Origin: a virus
Lineage: Duplodnaviria > Caudoviricetes
Reading direction: 5' to 3' (one strand)
Virus record (IMG/VR): IMGVR_UViG_3300021431_000087
Span: 60,195-124,194 of that record
Length of the DNA: 64,000 bases
In this document: piece by piece, positions 1-10,144 of the stretch
Layout of the letters: every line of letters starts with the position of its first letter
Position numbering within the stretch: the stretch's first letter is position 1
Notes under the pieces: model-generated
What the model was told of the DNA's origin: nothing
The model's database searches: none
The model's input: the letters and a program-made list of their open reading frames with translations, nothing else
Translations under genes and position numbers: made by a program

Positions 1-247
1 TTGGCTTTCCACCTACAAGGATAATGTCGCCAACCTCAACCTTATTTGTTGGAATAACAAAAAACATCTCATCACCTACGTTGAAGCAGAAATTAGTAAC
101 ATTGGTTAAAGTCCCTTTCTTTATATTATAGGACTTGTAGCCGTTAGAGCACTTGACAGCGATGCTGCCATTCATAGTAAGACGGCACATGCCTGATGCT
201 ATCTTACCAAACATACCATTAAAGGAGTTCTGAATGTTTTCAAACAT
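1..247 (-). CDS. Phage hypothetical protein, N-terminal part (runs off window)
   Basis: Hand translation from ATG at 247: MFENIQNSFNGMFGKIASGMCRLTMNGSIAVKCSNGYKSY..., open to the window edge. Confidence 0.7.
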   Translation of the reverse strand, partial: MFENIQNSFNGMFGKIASGMCRLTMNGSIAVKCSNGYKSYNIKKGTLTNVTNFCFNVGDEMFFVIPTNKVEVGDIILVGGKP

Positions 248-282
248 AATTATTTATTTTTTTTGTTTATATTATGCAGGAC

Positions 283-717
283 TCAAACCTGCGTTAGTTT
301 TTCTTTCCATAGTTTTGTCCCGTCGAGCGTTGTGCGTCTGCCCAATACCTCTACGAGGTATTTCTTTCCTTTCTCCGCGCCCCATTCCTCACGACCCTCG
401 CGGTACTCGATGGCTTTCAACTCGAAGGTCATGCGGCGCGATTCATCATCCTTCTTCGGATAACCCAACGAGAACTGGACGTGGGTGTAATCGGTGGGTA
501 CGCCTTTCTTCGTACAGTGGCTTACGGCACAGTAACCTCCCCAGTCACAATCGCCCTTCGAGCGGCAAAGCCGCTTCACCCAATAGAAGACATCCCGATA
601 TTCCTCCGTCTTCTCGCCAGACTCTATCATTCTGTAGTACTTAGCCTTCAGTGGCTGATACAGGATTTTAATTCTTTGCTGTTCCATAGTTATTCCTCCG
701 CTCTTGATTTTACACAT
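283..717 (-). CDS. ASCH/PUA-like domain protein
   Basis: YYRMIESGEKTEEYR motif (GxKxxExR); real start possibly the second Met. Confidence 0.75.
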   Translation of the reverse strand: MCKIKSGGITMEQQRIKILYQPLKAKYYRMIESGEKTEEYRDVFYWVKRLCRSKGDCDWGGYCAVSHCTKKGVPTDYTHVQFSLGYPKKDDESRRMTFELKAIEYREGREEWGAEKGKKYLVEVLGRRTTLDGTKLWKEKLTQV

Positions 718-1220
718 TGACGCACTATCTGCTCGGTGATGATATTGTTATTGGCCGTAGCCATCTGGTCGAGTTTCTCCACGTCAAATTCCTCGGCAGA
801 GAACTTGAACTGAATCCAATTTGGCTCAAACTCGCGGTAGTCGAGGAACGTCTTCGGTTCGTCTGTTTCGAGAATGTATTTCACCATGCGCAGCAGACGC
901 TCACCTGCTGGCTTCGACTCCACAAATCCACTGACATCATACTGGCTGGCCCCACGGCTCTTCCAATACTCGCCGCCGCCTTTAGGACGTTTATCCTTCG
1001 GGTCGAAGCGCACAATGTCACTGTCGAAATACTCAATGGCCACCGATACACCTTTATTCCCAAAACCAAGATTGCCGGAAAAAGGACGATATCTGCGGTT
1101 ATTGTTCTCGATATAGAAAGGCACATCTTTGGGGTTAACATGGTTTATCCCGCAAGTGTGCATCCAGTCTTGCACCCACTTTATCAGGTCGTGAAGGGTG
1201 ATTACTTCTTGTTCGTTCAT
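690..1220 (-). CDS. Hypothetical phage protein
   Basis: 176-aa ORF in a tightly packed minus-strand run. Confidence 0.7.
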   Translation of the reverse strand: MNEQEVITLHDLIKWVQDWMHTCGINHVNPKDVPFYIENNNRRYRPFSGNLGFGNKGVSVAIEYFDSDIVRFDPKDKRPKGGGEYWKSRGASQYDVSGFVESKPAGERLLRMVKYILETDEPKTFLDYREFEPNWIQFKFSAEEFDVEKLDQMATANNNIITEQIVRQCVKSRAEE

Positions 1221-1223
1221 GAT

Positions 1224-1580
1224 TTATTCCTCCTTGTCTTTAAGTGTTTTCTTTAGTTCTGCTATCAATGCATCTGCATACCTGATGGCAAGAATAGCGG
1301 ATGCTTTTGGATAACTCATTCCGTTCATCCATTCCTTCTGATCAGCATTCACGGATATTGCTGCATTAGGAAGAAGCTCCTTGGCTATCTCATAGCGTCG
1401 CTGTTCCCAGTCGATAGAATCTTCCGCTTCTTCTATTTCTACGTAGTTGTCATAGAAGCTGACTGGCAGGTTCATCAACTCGCCTTCGCTATTTCGGAAC
1501 ATGGTATAGCTGCCGTCAGCACCGTATCGCTCAACATCTACTATTTCTCCTGTTTTCTTGTCTCTTGCCTTCATTGTCAA
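1224..1580 (-). CDS. Hypothetical phage protein (DWEQRRYEIAK family)
   Basis: DWEQRRYEIAKE...YADALIAEL motif; related to 11577-11882. Confidence 0.75.
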   Translation of the reverse strand: MTMKARDKKTGEIVDVERYGADGSYTMFRNSEGELMNLPVSFYDNYVEIEEAEDSIDWEQRRYEIAKELLPNAAISVNADQKEWMNGMSYPKASAILAIRYADALIAELKKTLKDKEE

Positions 1581-2047
1581 TCCTTCTTAAATAGTTCTTC
1601 ATCAAACGAGTCAAACCTCTCTACCCATTCGTGGGTCTTTAGATTATATCTTCCGATAGTCCAATTTATCACCACAGATGTATTGTTTGGCAGTTCAAAG
1701 TACTTCTCTACGAAAGCCTTCCATTCCTTTTCTGCCTCCTCGCGAGAATTGATATGGCACACATCGTCGTCGTCAACGTTATGTTCACAGTAGAACTGGT
1801 CTGTTATCTGGTCAGCAATGTCATCGAGCGACGGCGCGAATTGTGTGACGTTCACTTCCTCAATAATACCGACCCATATAACATCAGTATAATCGTCCAT
1901 ATCCTCATCCCAATAGTTGCCGTCGGGATGATCGTATGCGTCCTGCGCAAACGCAATAACCTCGTCAATGGAATCGAACATATCAGTGAAACACTCCGTA
2001 TCACTGAGGCCAAAGCCGTACTTTACTTTTTTATCTTCCATAATCAT
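1577..2047 (-). CDS. Acidic hypothetical protein
   Basis: Start/stop overlaps with both neighbours. Confidence 0.7.
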   Translation of the reverse strand: MIMEDKKVKYGFGLSDTECFTDMFDSIDEVIAFAQDAYDHPDGNYWDEDMDDYTDVIWVGIIEEVNVTQFAPSLDDIADQITDQFYCEHNVDDDDVCHINSREEAEKEWKAFVEKYFELPNNTSVVINWTIGRYNLKTHEWVERFDSFDEELFKKD

Positions 2048-2622
2048 TACTTTTTACTTCTTGCAAATCTAAAATCTCTACACGCATCCGCTAATTCGTT
2101 CCCATGAGGGCAGAACCTCCGAAGCATTGACATCGTAAGATTTGCGGACATTCCACTGTGCCCTTCCGACATGAACACGTCGTAAGCCTTCTCCAGACGT
2201 GCTGCCAAAACAAGCGACTCATCACGCATTATCTTACAGCAGTCAAGCACTTGCTCCAGCTCCATTCCATGATAGAGGTCGCCGAGACGAATAGGAACAA
2301 TCTCATCCCAATACTCCAACTCGCTATCCAATACAAGACCACGCGCTTCGTTTCGGTAATGCTCGGTCAGTTGCGGTATTCTTGCCCGATGCTCGCGCTC
2401 AGCACGTTCATACTCTTCTCTCCACTTTCGTTGCCCTTCTTCAAATTCAGCCTTTGTCTTACCAAGAACTTTCATATAGGCTTCATCAACGCTGTCTGTG
2501 GAATAAATTTCCTTTCCATTGAACTTGCCAAAGCACGGTTCGCCTGCGTTCTCGGATTCTTTCTTCAGCCACTCAATGGCTTCATCAAGATTTGTACCTC
2601 CAGGTATTCTTATCTCTTTCAT
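2047..2622 (-). CDS. Hypothetical phage protein
   Basis: 191-aa coupled ORF with GHSGMS motif. Confidence 0.7.
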   Translation of the reverse strand: MKEIRIPGGTNLDEAIEWLKKESENAGEPCFGKFNGKEIYSTDSVDEAYMKVLGKTKAEFEEGQRKWREEYERAEREHRARIPQLTEHYRNEARGLVLDSELEYWDEIVPIRLGDLYHGMELEQVLDCCKIMRDESLVLAARLEKAYDVFMSEGHSGMSANLTMSMLRRFCPHGNELADACRDFRFARSKK

Positions 2623-2645
2623 CTTTTTTAATACATTCTAAAATA

Positions 2646-2972
2646 TTACTCCCTATAATCATCATAAATCTCCACCTCCCAAAGACCTTCTTTGTTAGAC
2701 GGCTTAAATAAGATAATTTTTCCGTACTTCTCGACGAACTTATGCAAGTCGGGAATATCGCACATCCAGGCCTTCGTCGGTTTCTTATAATAACCGCATA
2801 ATCCTTTTTCATCTTCCCTTTCTACGTCAAGTAAATAACGAAACCTCTCTTTTACGCTTTCTGATGCACTTGCAGCTATAATTTCATATTTATGGATTTC
2901 GCATGGAACAGCCTCTTCTATAGGTTGTTCGTAATCCCATGTACTTGATCTTGTTACAATATACTTTGTCAT
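2646..2972 (-). CDS. Hypothetical protein
   Basis: ORF in operon, C-terminal EIYDDYRE. Confidence 0.65.
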   Translation of the reverse strand: MTKYIVTRSSTWDYEQPIEEAVPCEIHKYEIIAASASESVKERFRYLLDVEREDEKGLCGYYKKPTKAWMCDIPDLHKFVEKYGKIILFKPSNKEGLWEVEIYDDYRE

Positions 2973-2978
2973 ACTTTT

Positions 2979-3536
2979 TTAGTTATCAAAAGCAAACACC
3001 ACACGACACTCATATTCTCCTGTCGATTCAATGCCCTCACAAAGGGAGACAAGACCAAGCCACTCCACATAGTCAGCATAAGGCTTCATCGTTTCGTCCT
3101 CCTGTTTGAAGCAATCATCAAAACACTGCCTTAACTCCTGTGTGGTAAGCCATGAATGAGAATGAAGGTCTGGGTCTGTTATCGTAAGGTGGTTTTCATC
3201 CACCCATTTTGAGCAACCTAATTCTACCCATTTTTCAGCCATTTCCTTTAAGCAGTAACGCTCTCCCCAGTCTGCTGCCGCTTTATCGTCTGTTACGTAC
3301 AAATAGAAACTGTTACGAGTAGCCCAATCTATTATGTCATTTGGAAGCCCACGTGGTTCAAACTGAACTTTATAATAATCACCATATGCTCTCACATTTG
3401 CCATTCGTGCAAACATTCCGTATATACGGCAACGAAACTCACCCAAGAAACCGACATTGTACCATTCGTTTCTTTCATTAGGATAAGATTTTTTCCTCCT
3501 TCTCCGTTCTACTCTTAAATGTATATCACAACCCAT
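2979..3536 (-). CDS. Conserved phage hypothetical protein (MGCDIH...HSHSW...RVVFAFDN family)
   Basis: MGCDIH, PRGLP, HSHSWLT and terminal FDN motifs. Confidence 0.75.
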   Translation of the reverse strand: MGCDIHLRVERRRRKKSYPNERNEWYNVGFLGEFRCRIYGMFARMANVRAYGDYYKVQFEPRGLPNDIIDWATRNSFYLYVTDDKAAADWGERYCLKEMAEKWVELGCSKWVDENHLTITDPDLHSHSWLTTQELRQCFDDCFKQEDETMKPYADYVEWLGLVSLCEGIESTGEYECRVVFAFDN

Positions 3537-3540
3537 AGCT

Positions 3541-3924
3541 CTATATGTTTATTATTTTTCCGTACTTTTTCAATTCTTCAACCATCCATCCGTAACCGCA
3601 AAAACCTTTTGATTGTTTTTCGGCTTTCTTGGCTTCGGATGGAGTGACAAACTTTACTTCAACACAAGCCGACCACCCGTCATCCCAATGGTAATAAAAG
3701 CGACCCTCTTTGAGATTGGGATAAATAGGTTTACCTCTCATGGTAGCCGTGCAAGTCATCGCATAAAAACGACCTTCACCACTCCATTTCCCGTTCCAAC
3801 TACCCACACCAGGCATGGTAAGGATAAAAAGAGCTTTTGTCTTCTTTTCTTCTTTCATATTATCATTTCTTTTCAAATTTCTCACACGGCTTTCCATATA
3901 ATGGTGCGCAATAGAACAAGCCAT
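3541..3924 (-). CDS. Hypothetical protein
   Basis: SWNGKWSG / WDDGW motifs; real start probably the downstream Met. Confidence 0.65.
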   Translation of the reverse strand: MACSIAHHYMESRVRNLKRNDNMKEEKKTKALFILTMPGVGSWNGKWSGEGRFYAMTCTATMRGKPIYPNLKEGRFYYHWDDGWSACVEVKFVTPSEAKKAEKQSKGFCGYGWMVEELKKYGKIINI

Positions 3925-4366
3925 TTTCTTCCTTCGGTTTCAGTTCGCATACCATTGTATCATAGTACTGTCGTCTGAAGGTGCGCCCTTTGACCCTATG
4001 CTTGCAGTCCTTACACCGGTATTCGTTCGGTGCAAGCTTTTTGCTCTTTCGCTTGTACACTACCACCGTCCTGCCGACAATCTTTGCCGTGCAATCATCT
4101 GGGATAGTGTATTCTCCTTCTTTCAAGTCATCCCGCGTAGGCTCTTCTTTCATATCAAAGGGATTGTACGGCATATCCTCTTCTCTTACACCTGCCGCCT
4201 TGCAGACACGATAGACGACCTCGTCAAGGCTCGCACATTTGGGATTGGAATAGATGCCCCACGCTTTCGCACAGTCGGCACAATCATCATTTGTTATGCC
4301 GTCTATGGCTTTGCCAGCAATATCAGCCTCCCACAGTCTCTTAAACTCTTCCTTTGTGTAAACCAT
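3863..4366 (-). CDS. Cys-rich hypothetical protein
   Basis: CKDCKH and further Cys residues. Confidence 0.65.
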   Translation of the reverse strand: MVYTKEEFKRLWEADIAGKAIDGITNDDCADCAKAWGIYSNPKCASLDEVVYRVCKAAGVREEDMPYNPFDMKEEPTRDDLKEGEYTIPDDCTAKIVGRTVVVYKRKSKKLAPNEYRCKDCKHRVKGRTFRRQYYDTMVCELKPKEENGLFYCAPLYGKPCEKFEKK

Positions 4367-4369
4367 ATT

Positions 4370-4582
4370 TTATTCTACTTTATAAAGATAACATGTTTCG
4401 TCTGCCGTCGTGATGAACACCACATCGGGAACGACAAGGTTGAAAACCATTCTATTGAAGGTCTGAATATACGTTGCCCTCGGTTTTATCTCCCCTTGGG
4501 TTATCTGCTTTACTATCGGCTGATATATGCTGCCCTTACGGAAAACATAAAGCGACTTCAACAAATCCTTTGCCTTTGCCAT
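4370..4582 (-). CDS. Hypothetical protein
   Basis: 70-aa ORF in operon. Confidence 0.55.
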   Translation of the reverse strand: MAKAKDLLKSLYVFRKGSIYQPIVKQITQGEIKPRATYIQTFNRMVFNLVVPDVVFITTADETCYLYKVE

Positions 4583-4892
4583 ACACTTCTACTTTTTAAA
4601 CAGACCAATCTTTATCATTATAATGGCAATACACCTTGTTCCCTTCCGTTCCATTGCAATATTTGCAAGTGTCACAGTTCTTTCTTTTTAATGTGCAACT
4701 GTCTGCCACTATTCGAATTCGACGCATTTTCATATATCAATCCTCCAATTCTACTTCACGACTACGCATGATGTTATGGATAGCTTCTCGGCACTCTTCA
4801 GTGTCGGCCTCCATAATAAGCCTGCGGAACGTGCTCCTGTAGGTGGTCTCGTAGGCTTGCTCTAACAATTCTTTGTCCTTTTCTGTCATAAT

Positions 4893-5285
4893 TCAAAATA
4901 TATCTTGTTCGTCTACTGCCATCCCATCGTGGATGAGCCCCATAAAGTCGAACTTGCGCTCACAAAGCCATTTTACACGTTTAAAGGACGGAGTGCTTGC
5001 AAACATATCCAAATCCCCGTAATGAGGTAATTTTGCGTATTCTTTACGCTCTTCTATTGTCATGCTCTCCATCGTCCGAAGTATAGGTTTCACAAACTCT
5101 ACGTGAAAATGCTGCGTGCCAAGGAATGCCTTCTCGCCTATAGGCACGCACTCTACCGAGCCACGATACACATCTATGGATTGCAACTTACAAGGAAACT
5201 CCTGAAAGTCGTGCTTGACCTTCAAGCCGTAGGGCGCATACAAGCATAAGGCAGAAAGTCTCTCCCTAATCTCTTCCTTTGTCAT
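4893..5285 (-). CDS. Hypothetical phage protein
   Basis: PYGLKV...KPILRTMESMT...FDFMGLI pattern seen in Bacteroidota phage proteins. Confidence 0.7.
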   Translation of the reverse strand: MTKEEIRERLSALCLYAPYGLKVKHDFQEFPCKLQSIDVYRGSVECVPIGEKAFLGTQHFHVEFVKPILRTMESMTIEERKEYAKLPHYGDLDMFASTPSFKRVKWLCERKFDFMGLIHDGMAVDEQDIF

Positions 5286-5454
5286 TTTCTTCGCCCTCTC
5301 CTTCTATTGTTAATATTATCAATATTGTGGCTACACTTTTCGCATGGGTGATAGCCAGATTCGAACCAATTCCACCCCTTATACCGAGTGCATTGCTCGA
5401 TAACTGGGAACACTTTACATTTATATGAATCGTCCATAATTTTTATTTTTCAAT

Positions 5455-5730
5455 CTATTCAAATATACTACGCATGTCCGTTTCAAAAGACTGGGAAAAT
5501 CCGCATTCTTCATCATAATCATCTGCCCAGTTTCTTTCAATTCTGTCCATCCTATCAAAATAGGAGTTTCTTCGGTCTGAGGATATTTGCTTCTTGCACT
5601 CCTTGACTTGCCCGTCCGTCAAAGAAAAAAACGAAACGTTGGAATGCGCCCATAATACGTATTTTGGGTTTGTCTTTATGACCGACTCCACGCTTTGCCC
5701 TTTATACATGCCAAAAGTAAATTTGTCCAT
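5455..5730 (-). CDS. DUF3820/exonuclease X C-terminal-like small protein
   Basis: FTFGMYKGQSV...PKYVLW motif. Confidence 0.6.
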   Translation of the reverse strand: MDKFTFGMYKGQSVESVIKTNPKYVLWAHSNVSFFSLTDGQVKECKKQISSDRRNSYFDRMDRIERNWADDYDEECGFSQSFETDMRSIFE

Positions 5731-5771
5731 ACCTTTTCTTTTTAAGGTTTAATCTCTTCCTTTGTTATAAA

Positions 5772-6182
5772 TTATTCTCCTTTCTCTTCGGGATTAAGTG
5801 TAAACTGTTCGCGGAACTTTTCTTCAAGCTTCGGGTACACCTTGCACATTTGGTCAAGATACCCCGCAGACGGTTTCTCTCCTTTGATAATTTTATCAAA
5901 GTCGTCTTTCCATTTCTCTGGGACACTGAACACATAGTAACCGTATGTGCCGTCAAACTCATCATCGTAAGTCTTTACAAAGTTCGGGTCTTTATAAAGT
6001 GTTTCCTCACCAAATCCACAGTTGCGGTTACCACCACCGACCCTTGTGAGGACAATAATCTGTCTGTCCTCGCCAACAAAGCAATCACGGAACCTCGGAT
6101 AATCATCAGGGTGTCTGCCAAGCATCGGCAGAATCAAAAACGTAGCGGGATTTACCCCGTTTAAAATATTGTATAAGCTCAT
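5772..6182 (-). CDS. Hypothetical phage protein
   Basis: RFRDC...TRVGGGNR...DDEFDGTY. Confidence 0.7.
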   Translation of the reverse strand: MSLYNILNGVNPATFLILPMLGRHPDDYPRFRDCFVGEDRQIIVLTRVGGGNRNCGFGEETLYKDPNFVKTYDDEFDGTYGYYVFSVPEKWKDDFDKIIKGEKPSAGYLDQMCKVYPKLEEKFREQFTLNPEEKGE

Positions 6183-6206
6183 ACCTCTCTTTTTTAAAGG
6201 TTGTTA

Positions 6207-6668
6207 TTATAATTCGTTTACATCGACCCACTCAAATACCTCACACTCACGGAACTCGTTACCTCCGTAGAAGAAACGATGTGCGATGGTTTTGTCATCG
6301 AAATCACCTACCCACAAGCACACCCAATGGTGTAACTTGTTATCAAGGCCACCGATACCACGTACAAGATACTCACCTGACGCCGCCGGCTTCTCATCGG
6401 GAAATTTCCTCCACCCCTTCTTGCCTTGCTTTACATCGGGCTTGGGCGCAAAGTTTGGGCATTTACCATACCATTTACCATACTTAAGCTCAAGAAGCTG
6501 GCTCTCAGCCTCTTCAATAAGGGTGTCCATAACCTTCCTGATAACCTCATTGTTGCCGATACCTGCCTTCGTGCCATTTCTGTAGAGAATATGTATCTCC
6601 CTTACCATCTCACGGTGTGCCTTATAATCAGCAATCACCGACTGAAGCATTTCTTTCTTGCTCATCAT
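6207..6668 (-). CDS. Hypothetical protein (C-terminal DUF551-like)
   Basis: WRKFPDEKP...GEYLV. Confidence 0.6.
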   Translation of the reverse strand: MMSKKEMLQSVIADYKAHREMVREIHILYRNGTKAGIGNNEVIRKVMDTLIEEAESQLLELKYGKWYGKCPNFAPKPDVKQGKKGWRKFPDEKPAASGEYLVRGIGGLDNKLHHWVCLWVGDFDDKTIAHRFFYGGNEFRECEVFEWVDVNEL

Positions 6669-7042
6669 ATTTCTATATCTTTGGAACTGATAATATGTGT
6701 TTCAACGTACTCCATCGTAAACTTGAAACCACGACGTTTCAACTCGGCCATAAGCTCACGTGGGGTAAAATCCTTTAAACGCAGGAAACGGGCATCGGTG
6801 GCATCCTTCTCCTTCAGCTTTGCAATCTTCTTGTCAAGCTTTGCCATGATCTGATGTTTCCTCGTACACTCCTTACATGTTTTAAGCCTCCCGAGCCGGG
6901 AACTGCGATACATACTTAATGGTAGCTCCTTGCCACAGCATTTACATACTTGCATCTCTTCCATTTCTTTCATATTCTTTTTTATGGTTAAGTGTTCTTT
7001 GAAAAGATGGCTAACGATAACCATCTGCACCTTTATTATCAT
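6665..7042 (-). CDS. Zn-ribbon protein
   Basis: CKCCGKELP...CKEC; LKDFTPRELMAELKRRG; real start probably downstream. Confidence 0.65.
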   Translation of the reverse strand: MIIKVQMVIVSHLFKEHLTIKKNMKEMEEMQVCKCCGKELPLSMYRSSRLGRLKTCKECTRKHQIMAKLDKKIAKLKEKDATDARFLRLKDFTPRELMAELKRRGFKFTMEYVETHIISSKDIEI

Positions 7043-7071
7043 ACTCTGCCCATTTGGGTTTGCATACGATA

Positions 7072-7079
7072 CAAAAGTA
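7072..7079 (-). promoter_or_regulatory. Bacteroidota sigma-A -7 element (TACTTTTG)
   Basis: TAnnTTTG on the minus strand upstream of the leftward gene run. Confidence 0.6.
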
Positions 7080-7195
7080 CAAATAATATGTTTTATAACA
7101 AAATATATTTTGTTTTGTTATCTAACTATGGCTTCTTTTAGCAATTTGCCTGAATAGCAGGCAGTTGCAAACTTTCTTATGGTAGTTTGAAGATA

Positions 7196-7426
7196 CTATG
7201 CCTTTTCCCCCTTATTAATATAACGTTCAAGGATTTGCATTGCGAGGGCAATACTCAGTTTTTCTGCGCCTTCCCCTAAATCCTCTGTCCTTAATCTTAC
7301 CATTTCGCCCTTTAACTTTTCCACGGCCTCCTGCATTTTTTCAACCGCAGTCTCTTCCGACAATAGGAGCAACGTAGCCGCAGCCGTCTTCAAATGCTTG
7401 TCATGTATGCTGATAATAATATCCAT
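7196..7426 (-). CDS. Hypothetical protein
   Basis: 76-aa ORF. Confidence 0.55.
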   Translation of the reverse strand: MDIIISIHDKHLKTAAATLLLLSEETAVEKMQEAVEKLKGEMVRLRTEDLGEGAEKLSIALAMQILERYINKGEKA

Positions 7427-7431
7427 GGTAT

Positions 7432-7752
7432 TCAGTCTTTCGTCCTTTCCTCAAACTCCTTCACTAAGCGGTCATACTCACCCCGTACTTTCTTCTCTAC
7501 GAAATCAAAGTTGGTGTCATAGGAGATGGAACGCACTCCCTTCTCGTTGGAATCATCCTCACCGCGACCATGAATATTAACGGTAACGGTGGCCTTATAC
7601 CTCGGTTTTCCCTCCTCATCCTTATTCTCATTACTCTTCAGCCAGTCAAGGACACCGAGCATATCCTCACACTCCCCTATCTTTCCGATAAGAGCCTTAT
7701 TTCCCTCATCTTTTCCGTATTTCCGGGCGCGTTTAAAATCATTGTAGTTCAT
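7432..7752 (-). CDS. Hypothetical protein
   Basis: 106-aa ORF. Confidence 0.6.
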   Translation of the reverse strand: MNYNDFKRARKYGKDEGNKALIGKIGECEDMLGVLDWLKSNENKDEEGKPRYKATVTVNIHGRGEDDSNEKGVRSISYDTNFDFVEKKVRGEYDRLVKEFEERTKD

Positions 7753-7780
7753 ATTCTCTAAATTATATGTTTGTTAATAA

Positions 7781-8194
7781 TTATCTGTAAATGCCTTTAA
7801 AAAGTTTCTCGTAAAGTTTCCCGCACATCACGTCACTGTTCTTTATCCGTATCGTCCTTACCCCTATGCTGCGGAAATCCGCATCCCGCCGTCTGTCGTG
7901 ATCCTTCTTGAGCCTATGTACGGAACCGTCGATTTCCACGGCAATCATTCTCTCTGGGAAGAAGAAATCAAGGAAATAAGACCTTCCCCTTATCTTGAAA
8001 TATGCCTGTCGCACGGGCTTATCATCGAACTGAGCAAGCATCCTCGCAGTCATCTTCTCAGGCAGCGTCACCCTGCGGAGCAAGGTTCTGCGTGTCTCGG
8101 TGACCCATTTTCTTGCCGCAGGTGCAAGGCTTTCAATGCCGAGAACCTCCACTCCATCCAACCGTATCTTTTCCGTTGTATATATTTTTCTCAT
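7781..8194 (-). CDS. DUF559/Vsr-like endonuclease
   Basis: YFLDF...AVEIDGSVH...DRRRD...GVRTIRI. Confidence 0.8.
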   Translation of the reverse strand: MRKIYTTEKIRLDGVEVLGIESLAPAARKWVTETRRTLLRRVTLPEKMTARMLAQFDDKPVRQAYFKIRGRSYFLDFFFPERMIAVEIDGSVHRLKKDHDRRRDADFRSIGVRTIRIKNSDVMCGKLYEKLFKGIYR

Positions 8195-8341
8195 TCATCC
8201 ACATCAAGAACTTTATACTGCAATCCCGTCAGACCTGAGCAAGTCTGCGTGCATCCTGCGCAGTATTCCTCGGCATCCTTCCTTTCATTGTAAGGATAGC
8301 CAGCCCATCTCTTAAAGACGCCTCCTTCAAATGCACCTACC

Positions 8342-9046
8342 CTATACCGCATGAGTTTCCCTCCAATCCTTTAACACGGTCTCCGCCCTCTTAAAATCCA
8401 TCATTAGCAAAGATTCCGCCATTCTATGTATCATTATCATTATATCCTCCTCCTTGAATTCCTTGTCACCGAGAGAATGGATTGTCTGCACGACGGCAAT
8501 GATTCCCCCTGCAATTGCCATAAGACGTTTCGTATCATCCTCCGCCTCTACCTGCCGCTCAACGTCTATCAGTTCGATGTCCTCCCTTGTCATGGGAATA
8601 GGAGTGCCTTCCTCCGACATCCTATACGTCTTCACATCACATCCGTAGACTACCCTCAAGCTGTCTATCACTCCGATGCGGGACTGCGAAAGGATATCCT
8701 TACAGAGAGACCATATGTCATACGGCAGCGTCTCGGTCACTATGTCTCCTTCCCCCAACACTGAGTCCTTTATCCTTTGCAAGACCGAACTGTCAAAGTC
8801 CTCGGAGAAGTACTCCTCTGTGTCTATCTTCCATCGGTAAAGCCTTCCTACTACCTGATGCATCCAATACTCATAACGGCACATATTGCAGAATGCCATG
8901 TCCTGAAAATCCGCTATCTCTTCATTGCGGATAAAGGAGACGGGTGCGCAGACTTTCCTCAACGCCGCAAGCTTATCCATCGTCTTATTAAAGAAAACGG
9001 CAAGCGGTGACACGTCATCTATCTTATCGAAATATTCCAGTTTCAT
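8342..9046 (-). CDS. Hypothetical protein
   Basis: 234-aa ORF. Confidence 0.65.
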   Translation of the reverse strand: MKLEYFDKIDDVSPLAVFFNKTMDKLAALRKVCAPVSFIRNEEIADFQDMAFCNMCRYEYWMHQVVGRLYRWKIDTEEYFSEDFDSSVLQRIKDSVLGEGDIVTETLPYDIWSLCKDILSQSRIGVIDSLRVVYGCDVKTYRMSEEGTPIPMTREDIELIDVERQVEAEDDTKRLMAIAGGIIAVVQTIHSLGDKEFKEEDIMIMIHRMAESLLMMDFKRAETVLKDWRETHAV

Positions 9047-9399
9047 TCTATGGTATCGAATATTGTTTCTTGTCTATCCATGAATTCACTCCTTATCTCC
9101 CCCAACGTAGCCTTCCTATACATTCGCTTTGCCGTCGCCGCATCTTCCGCACTCACGTCTTCCTCCATCAGCCTGTTTAGGGCATACATAAGATACTCAC
9201 GTTTCTTTATCCTTCCATCTCCCTTGCCTACATTCAAAAGGTTTGAACTCATCCTCCATCTCTTGCATACATATGACGGAGGAACCATTCCCTCTCCCAA
9301 AAGGCATATCCTGTTTTTATTGTCGAAGCGCTTATGCTCACAGGAGGCGCAGCATTTCTTTATAGGAATACCCATATTGTTATTCTCGTAAGGTTTCAT
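9043..9399 (-). CDS. Cys-rich hypothetical protein
   Basis: CCASCEH motif, coupled to downstream ORF. Confidence 0.65.
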   Translation of the reverse strand: MKPYENNNMGIPIKKCCASCEHKRFDNKNRICLLGEGMVPPSYVCKRWRMSSNLLNVGKGDGRIKKREYLMYALNRLMEEDVSAEDAATAKRMYRKATLGEIRSEFMDRQETIFDTIE

Positions 9400-9482
9400 T
9401 TTTTCTCTTTTTTATTTCTATACCCTCATCATTTTCTTTCTTGCAAGTCCATCACAGGTCACATTCGTATCAATCCCACGGG

Positions 9483-9809
9483 TCAGTCCTTATTGATTAC
9501 ATTCATGTCTATATATGTTCCACCTGCAAAGATGGTATAAACAATCCTTCCGTTCGGTTTATCGCCCTGTTTCGATTTCTCATAAGGTCGTCGGTACTCA
9601 GGCCGCTCACACTCAGTCAGCCGCTGCGCAAGCTCATCTGCGGAAGTGTGGCTCTCCACCCATGGCATTGCCATCAGGTCAAGGTCGTGGACGGCAGAAC
9701 CGTGAATGGCTATTGCCCATCCACACTCTGCCGCCACCTTGCGATACTCCGGGAAGCGGAATATCCAGAAGATAGCATTATTGTCCTTCAGTTTCTCCAA
9801 GTCAAACAT
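9483..9809 (-). CDS. Minimal nucleotidyltransferase-like protein
   Basis: hGS...DLDL motif (IHGSAVHDLDL). Confidence 0.55.
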   Translation of the reverse strand: MFDLEKLKDNNAIFWIFRFPEYRKVAAECGWAIAIHGSAVHDLDLMAMPWVESHTSADELAQRLTECERPEYRRPYEKSKQGDKPNGRIVYTIFAGGTYIDMNVINKD

Positions 9810-9854
9810 ACGTCAGTCATCCTTTTTCATTAGTTGGGCAATAAGGGCATTGGC

Positions 9855-10142
9855 CTACCCCGCAGCTTCACATAGTTCGTTGTACTTACTTACGGCTTTT
9901 AGATAATCATTCAAATCTGCATAATCTTCCATTCGCGGTAGTTCTGGTTTATATTTCGGCTTGTTAAGACCCTTTACCCAGTAACAATTCAATTTCCACC
10001 AAGTGAAGTCAAAGTAAAAGTAAAGGTTGTGTTTTACCTTACGGACGGAAAGATGTGGGAGTTTTCCAAATCCGTCATGACGTACCCAGTTAATCCACAT
10101 CCAACTATCACTCTTCTTGAAATGATGATGATACAAACTCAT
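9855..10142 (-). CDS. Hypothetical protein
   Basis: 95-aa ORF. Confidence 0.55.
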   Translation of the reverse strand: MSLYHHHFKKSDSWMWINWVRHDGFGKLPHLSVRKVKHNLYFYFDFTWWKLNCYWVKGLNKPKYKPELPRMEDYADLNDYLKAVSKYNELCEAAG

Positions 10143-10144
10143 TG

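Noticed and set aside
5340-5415. GGTTCGAATC T-loop-like sequence on the minus strand
   Set aside because: The T-stem is very weak and no cloverleaf can be built
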